A DNA stretch of 64,000 bases from contig NC_086110.1 of the NCBI RefSeq assembly GCF_963921235.1, forward strand, positions 868,001 to 932,000. The letters run 5' to 3'. Positions within the stretch are counted from its first letter, which is position 1. Each line of letters starts with the position of its first letter. This document shows, in pieces, positions 50,301 to 61,649 of the stretch. A program made the translations under genes and the position numbers. The notes below the pieces were generated by a model. That model was not told the DNA's origin. It saw only the letters and a list, made by a program, of their open reading frames with translations, and ran no database searches. Source of the stretch: Mobula hypostoma (lineage: Eukaryota).

Positions 50301-52015
50301 GCTATTGCTGAAGTTCCTGTTCTGACCAGGAAGAAAGTTTTAAGAAGGGTTATAAGAATGGTTGGGTATTATCATAAGTTATGTAAGAACCTTGCTGACA
50401 TCGCTCTTCCCCTAACGAAACTCCTGGGGAAGACTGGAAGATTTGAATCGAGTGACCTTTGCCAGGAGGCATTTGAACGTCTAGAAGCCATCCTGCGTTA
50501 TCATCTTGTGCTCAAAGCAACTAATTTTTTCAAAACCATTTTCGATAACAACAGGTGTTAGTGACGAGGCTGCTGGGGCAGTACTGAAACAGAAGGGAGT
50601 GGATGCCATTCAACATCCCGTAGCTTATTTCCCAAAGAACTTTAATGTACACCAGAGAAAAATATTCAACTGCTGAAAAGGAATTACTAGCACTTATTCT
50701 GGCTTTACTCCATTTCGAGGCCTATGATCAGAGACCTCAAAACCTTTCTGTTGCTCAGAGGCCACCTGTGTTTTCATGGGTTATAACCCGCTGGTGTTTC
50801 TAAATAAAATGAAGGATAAAAATAGGAGGTTGTTAAATTGGAGTCTAGTATTGCAGGAATTTGATTTGGTAATCAAACATGTGAAAGGTAATGTCAATGT
50901 TATAGCTAATTAGTTATCGAGATATTAAGTTGGAAATTGTACACATTTTTGCTCAGTCATCTGATGATTTTACCTGTATTGTTTCAAACTCTGTAATTTA
51001 CATTTAGACAAATACAATCGCTTTCGTCAATTTTATATTTTCTCTGAGGAAGGGGAGTGTGAGGAGATCCTGGAGAACTCCTATTAACTGTGCTTTTGAA
51101 GAGAGAGAGAGAGAGTTATTTACCACTGATATGTTGCTTTGGAAAAGGGAGAGAAAGAGAGAGAGAGACGAAGATTAACGGTTGGACAGTCACTTTAAGG
51201 CATTGGAAGTAACCTTGAATTTCTACTGAGTTGGGTTTGGAGACAGCAACGAGCAGTTCGAAAGTTGTTATGGTAATCGACAGGACATTATTGATGTCAC
51301 TTCCAAGGACAGGTTGCCTGCTTGTATTTCTTCACAGACAATGAAAAGAGGGACTCTTTGAATGACAGGTGATGCTCAGCCTGGTGAAATCAATGGGAGG
51401 TCAGATGATACAGACCTCAGACACATCATCTGGACACTGAATGAGCTTTGTTGTGCCCGCAGAGAAAGTGGGTTTTGGAGGATCGATCAGGCGGATCGAT
51501 CCAAATTGCTCTTCCAGTAAAGGAGAAGGGGTTTATTGGTGGCCGAGTTGTCTATCTGTCCACCCTTGCCAGGGTGATAGCTCCACCACAGGAAAACCGC
51601 CCCCTCCCCGCCCCCCCGGTTAAAGTCACAGTCGGTGACTTGTAAAGGATTTCGGAGGAGGAGGAGAAGATCGATGGCATCAGCTCACCTGAAGACTATT
51701 CTCTCTCTCTCTCTCTCGCCATCGCTGTTCAAGTAAATACCACGAACTGAACTGAACTGAACTTTACTCAACATCTTAAGACTGTATCTTTTTACGCCTA
51801 AGCTTAAAGAAGCTTGGTTTTCATACATATATATTCCACACTTACTGATTTACATACGTATATATATAATCATTGCTAACCTGTGTGATTTATCTGCATT
51901 TATATTACTGTATTGCGTAGTTACTGATAAATATTAATAGTTTATAGCAATACTGGACTCCAAAGTAGTTTCTATTACTGCTGGTTTCATCAACCCCGTC
52001 ACGGGGTACGTGACA
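44337..52015 (+). mobile_element. Complete-outline Gmr1-like Ty3/Gypsy element (5' LTR 44337-45244, 3' LTR 51058-52015)
   Basis: Two ~0.9-kb LTRs (TG...TGACA), degenerate tRNA-Pro-like PBS (TTGGGGCCCGT, 45248), PPT GAGGAAGGGGAG (51046-51057). Gag remnant at 45360; integrase remnant (49550-49990) lies before RT/RH (50030-50930). Heavily deleted. Confidence 0.88.
46950..49545 (+). mobile_element. CR1 (APE + RT) inserted in the Gmr1-like element
   Basis: 350-aa APE/linker ORF (46959-48011), RT ORFs 48058-49125, (TTCTATGG)n tail. Confidence 0.92.
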
Positions 52016-52769
52016 TAATCGCCTATATTTGTCATTTCAATCCATAATTAAGTCAATTAAAACGTTGTCCACAATGTAAGCTGAAAGTGTTCAATCTTGT
52101 CCAGGCATGCCTGCGCGTGATTAGCCAGGGCCGATGCTGTACAACAGGACAGATTTTAGAAAGGCTATAAAAACGCAAAGAAGTTTGTGTGATCGCATTA
52201 TTGTGACTTGTATTTTCAGGATTATGTGCGATAGCAAAATGACTCAACAGTGTTGGAACAGCCTCAATGCTTTTTGTTAGATTTGTGGTGATTATCCGCT
52301 TAAATCAAAAAGACGGATCATGATTCCTCTTAACAAGAAAACTTATGAGCTCTTTTTGCGTGTACAGTTGACAGCCATGAAAAAAATTATGCTTCTTATA
52401 TTTGTTGCACATAATGCACTTGGAAGACAAAGCCGTTCGCTGTCACGATTGGATGCCGAGAGCAGAAGCATCATATGCCAGACTGCAACTTCCGTTGATT
52501 ACTGTGTCTGGTTTCTCTGCTAAAAGCAAGCTATCCATTGAATACCTCCATCTAATCTCAGCAATGAAATCTGTGCCGCATGACGAGGGTCTTCAAGTCT
52601 CAAAGCCTCATGGAGTCCAGAGGAGGCAAACGAAGATCCCATGATGCGGCTCTGGAGTCCAAGCCTCTAGGTACAACCTTGGCCATCGCAGAAATAAAAT
52701 CGCCCATGGCATTTACATGGAACCTGGCTGTACAAAGGCAACAATCATCAGTGAAGCCCACTAAGTTTC

Positions 52770-54197
52770 AGGTTATGACCTCCCCTGACTCCCACCATCG
52801 GGCCAGATGTGCCAAAACATTAGCTCCCACACCGACCACATCCAGCATGTCTCGGGAAAGGACAACGTCGTGGCGGACGCACTCTCCAGACCAGCTATCC
52901 GGGCCCTGTCCCAGGGTGTGGACTATGCAGCACTGGCAGAGGTGCAGCAAGCAGGCGACGAGATGCCCAGCGACCGGACCGCACTCTCGGGTTTGCAACT
53001 GCAGACTTCCTCGTAGGCCCACGTGAGAGGACCCTGCTGTATGACGTGGCTACTGGCCAACCTCGCCCCATCGTCCCGGCAGCCTGGCGGCGGCGAGTTT
53101 CGACCCCGTACACGGCTTGGCGCACCCATCTGTCAGGACAACCGTCTGGATCGTCTCCAGCAAGTTCATGTGGCACGGACATCGCAAACATGTCAGCGAA
53201 TGGGCCAAAACGTGCATGCAGTGCCAAACAACCAAGGTGCAGAGGCACACCAAGGCTCCGCCGCAGCAGTTCGAACAGACCCGCCGGAGGTTATACCACA
53301 TTCATGTGGATATCGTGTGGCCACTGGCAGTGTCGCGAAGAGCGTCATACCTACTAACTATGGTAGACCGGTTCACAAGACGGCCAGAGGCGGTCCCGCT
53401 CACCGGCACCACCGCGGATTCGTGCGCCCGTGCGCTGATTGCAACCTGGGTAGCACGCTTCGGGATACCAGCCCACATTACGTCCACAGAAGCGCCCAGT
53501 TCAGCCCCAGCCTGTGGTCGGCTGTGGCCAGCATGTTGGGAACACAGCTACACCACACAACTGCCTACCACCCACAGTCGAACGGACTAGTGGAACGCTT
53601 CCATCGTTACTTAAAGTCGGCGCTCATAGCCTGCCTGAAAGGGCCTAACTGGGTGGACTAGCTTCACTGGGTCCTGCTTGGAATCCGCACAGCGACCAAA
53701 GAGGATCTGCATACCTCATTGGCCGAGCTGGTGTACGGCGCACCCCTGATCGTCCCAGGTGAGTTTATACCAGCTCCAAGGGGGCAAGAGGAAGAACGCG
53801 CAGCAGTCCTGGACAGACGACGCGAAAGGCTCCGCAACCTGGACCCCGCACGGTATTCACAGCACGAACAAAGCCCGACCTGCGTACCCAAAGACCTGCA
53901 GAACTGCATGTTTGTACTTGTACGAAGGGGCGCACACCGGGCACCGCTACAGCAGCCGTACGATGGGCCGTTCAAGGTGATCAAGCACAAACAACCAACG
54001 GTCCACATAAGTTCCGGACAAGCCCGCGCGCAGGAAGAGAAATTGGTAATGCACCTCTGACGTCATTTCCACCCGGAGACGGCGGGAACGGAACTGCTTA
54101 AAAGCCAGTGCCGCGAATTTCGAATAAAATTGTCTCCAGTGCAACTCACCAAACTGCGTGTCGTTATTTCTAGCTCTGTGTGTAGCACATCGCTACA
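52770..54197 (+). mobile_element. Ty3/Gypsy 3' fragment (RNase H end, integrase, partial LTR), conventional RH-INT order
   Basis: HVSGKDNVVADALSR followed by AHPSVR...WAKTCMQCQ...HIHVDIV...YHPQSNGLVERFHR; LTR-like tail ending GTAGCACATCGCTACA. Confidence 0.85.
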
Positions 54198-54204
54198 GGC
54201 CAAA

Positions 54205-54960
54205 TAAATGGTTGATAAAATAGATGGGTACTTTGCACCGGTCTTCATCGTGGGAGGCACTAACAGTGTGCCAGAGATCCATGGGTGTCAGGGAGCAGGA
54301 GTGAGTGCATTGCTATTACAGAGGAAGAACTGCGAGGCAAGCTCAAACGTCTTAAGATGGATAATTCATCTGGACCAGAATGACGACATCCCGGAGTCCA
54401 AACAGTGGTTGCTGACGAGATAATGGACGCACTGGTCATTATCTTTCAAGAATCACTGGATTCTAGCATGGTCCCGTTGGACTAGAAGATCGAAAACGTC
54501 ACTCCACTGTTTAAGAAGGGAAGAAGTCAAAAGAAACGAAATTATAGGCCAGATTGCCTAACCTCAGTGGCTGGGAAAGTGTTGGAGTCTATTATTAAGG
54601 ACGTGGTTTCGGTGTACTTGGAGACAGATGATAAAATAAGTCAACGTCAGCACAGTATCTGTAAAGGGAATTCTTGCCTCACGAATTTGTTAGAGTTCTT
54701 CGAGAAAATAACAAAAGAGAGGTAGTGGATGTCATTAACTTGAATTTTCAGAAGGCATTTGATAAGGTGCCACATATGAGACTGCTTATAATACCGTAAG
54801 ACATTGAATCAGAATTAGGCCATTCAGTCTATCGAGTCCGCTTCGCCATTCCATCATGGTTGATCCAAGACCCCGCTCAGCCCCATACATTCGCCTTCTC
54901 GCTATACCCTTAAACACCCTGGCCGATCAGGACGCGATCAGCTTCCATCTTAAATATATC
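54205..54960 (+). mobile_element. CR1 fragments (plus-strand RT piece, then a short antisense 3' tail from ~54800)
   Basis: [27 protein letters not shown]; from 54810 GGCCATTCAGTCTATCGAG is a reversed CR1 tail. Confidence 0.7.
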
Positions 54961-55098
54961 CATGGACTTGGCCTCCAGAGCACCCGGGGGTTCTGTTTAA
55001 ATAAATCTCGATCTGAGCGAATACTGCATATATCAGTTGCGGCCGGTAAGGAATAACATATCCTACACCGCATAAAGTAATAAAGAAAGTATATTTAC

Positions 55099-55520
55099 CT
55101 GTTTCAGCTTCATTGAACAATTAATAGGAAAATGAAAAGAAAACGGCCCATTCCAGCTGAGCCAATACAGTTGGAGCTCATACTGTAGTATTCGGGGCTG
55201 TATCTTTTTTCTCACACGCTGAAGTTCCAGTCTGCGTGAAAGAGCCCACCACATTCAAAACTTCCCTCGAAGTCCATGTCGAACAAACTCGCTCTCCCTC
55301 TCAGAAGTATGGGTCCTTCCTGCTTGGAGCCATCATCTGCACAAAGCACTTCCGACAACGGGTTTCTCCTTTGAACGGCATTATGCGGTATCTCCCATTG
55401 TACTCGTTCCGCAGCTCCTGCCAAAATACCGCAAACCAGACTACTGTCCGTGACAAATCTCTCTCCGCCCTGCTCCCTCTAGAAACTTCTCCCGATTCCA
55501 TCGTCCTGATTGGCTGTCAC
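55099..55520 (-). promoter_or_regulatory. Candidate promoter and first exon island
   Basis: Non-repeat-looking island with CCAAT (55509-55513), GGGCGG (55465-55470), ETS-type CGGAAGTG (55347-55354) on minus, ending in a strong donor CAG|GTAAAT at 55099. Confidence 0.4.
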
Positions 55521-55945
55521 GACATTCCTAAGTTCTACAACAGGGCGTCTTATCTTTCACCAACAACAAAGCATTCTGCCAACCGGATATACTGCTTTTC
55601 CAAAAAAAAACAACTGCTAAAATGAACTAAACGAGGCATTTTACCGGCTTGAACTGAGAAATAATACTAAGGATCATAATAATGCAAAAAAATAGTTAAT
55701 CAATATAAGAGCATTGAACTCCATGGAAATCAGCCCCAGACCTGAGTAGCCTCGATGTCGACATCCGAGCATCGAATCTCTGGTTCAGATTTGAAGCCCC
55801 CTTTCCAGAAACAGAAAGGTCCCTTGTGGCAATACAGGAGAATGTGATTTCCACAAAAGTTATCAAAAATAAATAACAGAAGACAAACAAATTTAAGACG
55901 ATTAATGCAGAAATTCCAAGAGAAATCAGAAACAATCCAACATAT

Positions 55946-56620
55946 TAGATTAAATTATGAGGACACTGAGTCCTCGTTTACTGTCATTTAGAAATGCATG
56001 CATTATACAATGACACAATGTTCCTACAGAAAGATATCACAGAAAAACAAAACAAACCAAGACTAATACTGACAAAACCACATAATTATGACATACAGTT
56101 ACAACAGTGCAAATCAACACTGCAATTTGATAAAGAGCAGACCATGGCACGGTAAAATAAAAGTCTCAAGTCCCGATAGCCCCATCATCTCACGCAGCCG
56201 GCAGGAGCGAGAAACTCTCCCTGCCATGAACCTTCAAGCGCCGCAAACTTGCCGATGCATTGGAAGCACCCGACAGCAGCCAACTGCGTCCGAAAACTTC
56301 GAGCCTCCGACCAACCCTCCGACACCGACGACCGAGCACCATTCACAGCCGAGCGCTTCAACTCGCCCCGGCGGCAGAGCAACAAGCAGAGGCGAGGACT
56401 CGGGGCCTTCCCCTCCATAGATACTGGATCAAACAGTAGCAGCAGCAGCGAAGCAGGCATTTCACAAGTTTCGCCAGATGTTTTTCCGTATTCTCACGTT
56501 TGTCTCGATCAAATCAGGATTGTGCACGGCACCCTACGTGGCAGATAACAGATATCGCCACCGAAGCGGCCGCTGCGCGCTGCGACGCGCCGCCATCTTC
56601 TTCCCCATCCTCAGGAATCT
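55946..56620. mobile_element. Unclassified CpG-rich interspersed repeat
   Basis: Begins with GATTAAATTATGAGGACAC...TTTACTGTCATTTAG, resembling an antisense non-autonomous LINE-type tail; family not assignable without a search. Confidence 0.4.
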
Positions 56621-56794
56621 GCAGCAATTTATCTCAATCTGATTACTTACAAATACACTATCAAGTGGTCCACATCATTCACCAAAAACTTGCTTTAAAA
56701 TACAATCTCATGAAAGACAGCATACCCCACCATAAATACAACTTATACAGTCAGAATCCTACAAAATTTACTATGAATATACAGTGATCCAATA

Positions 56795-59700
56795 CACTGA
56801 ACAATGATTTTGCCTCCTAAATATTGTGTTTCTGATCACGAAAATCATCATTTAATTTCCCTATCAGTGCCAATTTTTGGAAGGTGGATGAATTGAATGT
56901 GCAGATGTTATTAATGATTATGATATAGTTGGGATCACAGAGACAAGGCTCCAGGGTGACCAGGGATGGGAGCTCAACGTTCAGGGATATTCAATATTCA
57001 GGAGGGATAGACATGAAGGAAGGGGAGGTGGGGTGGCGTTACTGGTTAAAGAAGAGATTAACGCAATAGAAAGGAAGGACAAAAGCCGGGAAGATGTGGA
57101 ATCGATATGGGTAGAGCTGCGTAACACTAAGGGGCAGAAGACGCTGGTGGGAGTTGTGTGCAGGCCACCTAACTGTAGTAGTGAGGTCAGAGATGGTATT
57201 AAACAGGAAATTAGAAATGTGTGCAATAAAGGAACAGCAGTTATAATGGGTGAATTCAATCCACGTGTAGACTGGGTGAACCAAATTGGTAAAGGTGCTG
57301 AGGAAGAGGATTTCTTGGAATGTATGCGGGATGGTTTTTTGAACCAACATGTCGAGGAACCAACTAGAGAGCAGGCTATTCTAGACTGGGTTTTGAGCAA
57401 TGAGGAAGGGTTAATTAGCGATCTTGTCGTGAGAGGCCCCTTGGGTTAGAGTGACCATAATATGGTGGAATTCTTCATTAAGATGGAGAGTGACATAGTT
57501 AATTCAGAAACAAAGGTTCTGAACTTAAAGAGGGGTAACTTTGAAGGTATGAGACATGAATTAGCTAAGATAGACTGGCAAATGACACTTAAAGGATTGA
57601 CGGTGGATATGCAATGGCAAGCACTTAAAAGTTGCATGGATGAAATACAACAATTGTTCATCCCAGTTTGGCAAAAGAATAAATCAAGGAAGGTAGTACA
57701 CCCGTGGCTGACAAGAGAAATTAGTGATAGTATCAATTCCAAAGAAGAAGCATACAAATTAGCCAGAGAAAGCGGCTCACCTGAGGACTGGGAGAAATTC
57801 AGAGTTCAGCAGAGGGCTTAATTAGGAAGGGGAAAAAAGATTATGAGAGAAAACTGGCAGGGAACATAAAAACAGACTGTAAAAGCTTTTATAGGTATGT
57901 AAAAAAGAAAAGACTGGTAAAGACAAATGTAGGTCCCCTACAGACAGAAAGAGCTGAATTGATTATGGAGAGCAAGGATATGGCAGACCAATTGAATAAT
58001 TACTTTGATTCCGTCTTCACTAAGGAGGACATTAACAATCTTCCAGAAATAGTAGGGGACGGAGGGTCCAGTGAGATGGAGGAACTGAGCGAAATGCATG
58101 TTAGTAAAGAAGTGGTGTTAGGTAAATTGAAGGGATTGAAGGCAGATAAATCCCCAAGGCCAGATTGTCTGCATCCTAGAGTGCTTCAGGAAGCAGCCCA
58201 AGAAATAGTGGATGCATTAGTGATAATTTTTCAAAACTCCTTAGATTCTGGACTGGTTCTGAGGATTGGAGGGTGGCTAATGTAACTCCACTTTTTAAAA
58301 AAGGAGGGAGAGAGAAACCGGGGAATTATAGACCGGTTAGCCTAATGTCGGTGGTGGGGAAACTGCTGGAGTCAGTTATCAAGGATGTGATAACAGCACA
58401 TTTGGAAAGCGGTGCAATGATCGGACAAAGTCAGCAGGGATTTGTGAAAGGAAAATCATGTCTGACGAATCTCATAGAATTTTTTGAGGATGTAACTATT
58501 AGAGTGTATAGGGGAGTACCCGTGTATGTGGTATATTTGGATTTTCAAAAGGCTTTTGACAAGGTCCCACACAGGAGATTAGTGTGGAAACTTAAAGCAC
58601 ACGGTATTGGGGGTAAGGTATTGGTGTGGGTGGAGAATTGGTTAGCAGACAGGAAGCAAAGAGTGGGAATAAACGGGACCTTTTCAGAATGGCAGGCGGT
58701 GACTAGTGGGGTACCGCAAGGCTCAGTGCTGGGACCCCAGTTGTTTACAATATATATTAATGACTTGGATGAGGGAATTAAATGCAGCATCTCCAAGTTT
58801 GCGGATGACACGAAGCTGGGTGGCCGTGTTAGCTGTGAGGAGGATGCTAAGAGGATGCAGGGTGACTTGGATAGGTTTGGTGAGTGGACAAATTCATGGA
58901 AGATGCAATTTAATGTGGATAAATGTGAAATTATCCACTTTGGTGGTAAAAATAGGAAAACAGATTATTATCTTAATGGTGGGTGATTAGGAAAAGGGGA
59001 GGTGCAACGAGACCTGGGTGTCATTATACACCAGTCATTGAAAGTGGGCATGCAGGTACAGCAAGCGGTGAAAAAGGCGAATGGTATGCTGGCATTTATA
59101 GCGAGAGGATTCGAGTACAGGAGCAGGGAGGTACTACTGTAGTTGTACAAGGCCTTGGTGAGACCACACCTGGAGTATTGTGTGCAGTTTTGGTCCCCTA
59201 ATCTGAGGAAAGACATTCTTGCCTTAGAGGGAGTACAAAGAAGGTTCACCAGTTTGATTCCTGGGATGGCAGGACTTTCATATGAAGAAAGACTGGATGA
59301 ACTGGGCTTGTACTCGTTGGAATTTAGAAGATTGAGGGGGGATCTGATTGAAACGTATAAGATCCTAAAGGGATTGGACAGGCTAGATGCAGAAAGATTG
59401 TTCCCGATATTGGGGAAGTCCAGAACGAGGGGCCACAGTTTGAGGATAGAGGGGAAGCCTTTTAGGACCGAGATTAGGAAAAACTTCTTCACAGAGAGAG
59501 TGGTGAATCTGTGGAATTCTCTGCCACAGGAAACAGTTGAGGCCAGTTCATTGGCTATATTTAAGAGGGAGTTAGATATGGCCCTTGTGGCTACGGGGGT
59601 CAGGGGGTATGGAGGGAAGGCTGGGGCGGGGTTCTGAGTTGGATGATCAGCCATGATCATAATAAATGGCGGTGCAGGCTCGAAGGGCCGAATGGCCTAC

Positions 59701-60870
59701 TCCTGCACTTATTTTCTATGTTTCTATGTTTCTATGTTTCTATGTATATATTTGTTATTTCAATTCATGATTCAAGTCAATCGAAATGTTGCCCAAAATG
59801 TAAGCTGAGAAGTTTTCTATTTTGTCCAGGCATGAGGCGTTGCTTTTCCAGCGTCGCCCAGAACAATGACATTTCTTCATTGATTCTTCAGCGTTAATCC
59901 TGAAAACTGTGCTGCTGAACAACAGCAATGCCCAGCCGTCCACAGCCATTGTCTATGCAGAACACACCAGAGAAAACTGTCGACATTCGGACGTTTTGTT
60001 GAAAAACATATAGCACAGTAAATGAAACTGGGATGTGTGTGGTGATCTAAAACTCGTAGCGCTTCCACAAGTAATACAGCTCCGATATACCAAGGACCGA
60101 CGTTTTATCTGCAAACAGGACGGGTGTGCATGAGAACTGAATTCCATTTTAAAAAGTTTGACCACTACATAGACAGTTGGTTCCAGGATAGATAGGTGTG
60201 ACACAAAAATCACGTGAAGACTCAGAAAATATTTGCTTGCCTTCTCTTCATATAAAACTGGGGCTTATGACAAATATTGTGAAAGCGGTAACAAGGAAGG
60301 TAAAGCATTTTAATATTTGATACAAGCGTTTCCAAGAGGAACTAATTCCAAGTTTAAAGAAGTGTTTTTTTTTTCTCTGACCACGTATAAACAGGTTATT
60401 TAAATGGCAGACAGCTGGACGAACTTCTCATGGAACCGTAGAAAATCTTATTAGGGCATTCAATAATGTTGTTGTAATTTTTTCTTGTAAATAACTGCAT
60501 TCCCGTTTAGACTTTCCTGCAGAACTTATCTCTGTCAGTGCCGAGCATGTTGGAAGGTTTCAACGGGACATTGTGTTCATGGGCTAACGCTATCAGGTTT
60601 ACTGGAATTCGTCAATGCTGGTTGAGAGGCCGAATACAAAGGAAAATCGCCAGCAAAACATTCTTAGCTTATTTGAAGTATTGCAAAGCGCCAGCACCGT
60701 TATGCATCTAAACGTATTAAATTCAGAAAAAGATAATATCTTGTTCCCCAAATCCCTACGTGATATAAGCAGTCAAATAATATTACAGCTCAGAATCAAG
60801 TGCTTGATCAAAAACACAAAAAAAAACTGATGAAACAAACATGTCAAAGAAAAAACTATCTGGTACTGTG
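56795..60870 (+). mobile_element. Chapaev3-type DNA transposon copy 2 (catalytic/C-terminal part), split by CR1
   Basis: Starts CACTGAACAA. 59870-60650 gives degenerate FIDSS..LKTVLLNN...WDVCGDLKLVAL...GLMTNIVK...SAEH..RFQRDI...RYQ..WNSSML. Ends ...ACTGTG followed by TTA. Confidence 0.78.
56880..59745 (+). mobile_element. Young CR1 (APE + RT), several stops
   Basis: APE ORF 57033-57449, RT ORF 58273-58986, (TTCTATGT)n tail. Confidence 0.93.
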
Positions 60871-61389
60871 TTAATACAGATAGTAGAATCTATAATAACT
60901 GGCTGGATATAATATTAGAGGACAAGCAAGCAAGAACAACTTGCCAATAGATATAGCCATTCCAAACACATACACAAAACAGTAAGTGAAAACCACCATT
61001 AATATGGTCAATGAAAAGAGGAAATTGAAAGTCTGTGGAACATGAGCAGGTTATACACTCTCCAAAAGTAACATATGCAAAAGGTATCATCCCAATGTCA
61101 CTACACAATAGCATTAGTCAATTAGGCCTAAAAAGCAAAATTTATGTAACTCTCCAGAAAGACATAATACTAAACACTGCAGCATATTCCGGAGGCTTCT
61201 AACAATTGAATAGTGAACGTGCAATGCCCGCACACGAGATTTACAGGCTTGGGCTAAGCGGAAATAAAGCAAAATAGAATAATATTTAGAAGAAGAGCAC
61301 TGAGGAATTTAAAGTCGATGACCGCACTCGATCTTTGATCTTCTGCGGTGGACTGGATCATCGACCACTGATTTCCTCCTCCTAAAGTC

Positions 61390-61640
61390 AATTATCAGCT
61401 TAATCGAGTAACAGGTTGTGCCCGTTCATCCAGATTTTCAATCTCCCGCCAATACAGTGAGTCGACACCACATTTCATCCGGCGCACTACAGTGGTGTCT
61501 TCAGCAAATTTGCATATGGCACTCGAACTATGCTTAGCCATACATTCGTAAGCACAAAGCAGAAGAGCAGAGGGTTCAGCAGAAAGCCTTGTGGTGCATA
61601 TATGCTGGTAGAAAATGTGGAAGAGATGTTGATGCCAAGA
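61390..61640 (-). mobile_element. Rex1/L2-like LINE RT fragment
   Basis: AYECMAKHSSSAICKFAEDTTVV...LYWREIENL resembles the Rex1/Babar RT motif (DC.AKHSSN.I.KFADDTTVVG). Confidence 0.65.
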
Positions 61641-61649
61641 TGCTAAGAT

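Larger units (their letters stand above)
44223..52760 (+). mobile_element. Chapaev3-type (CMC) DNA transposon copy 1: 5' end at 44223-44336, N-terminal transposase at 52016-52760, split by the LTR element
   Basis: 52250-52610 gives degenerate FC.ICG..YPLKSKRRIMIPLNKKTYELF...ICC..C...REQKHH.PDC.F...GFSAKSK.SIEY.HL.SAMKSVPHDEGL, the Chapaev3 N-terminal Cys-rich region as I recall it. The 5' flank aligns with 56795-56880; preceded by TAA. Confidence 0.7.

Noticed and set aside
52016-52760. Chapaev transposase near a VJ gene as a link to RAG-type recombination
   Set aside because: Both copies are dead, no RSS flanks the V exon, and such relics are expected in TE-rich DNA; proximity alone is not evidence.
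55696-55945. TM-like ORF (FLISLGISALIVLNLFVFCYL)
   Set aside because: No acceptor or donor and no basic stop-transfer residues; T-rich DNA gives hydrophobic ORFs by chance. The upstream side abuts a repeat, so a remnant cannot be fully excluded.
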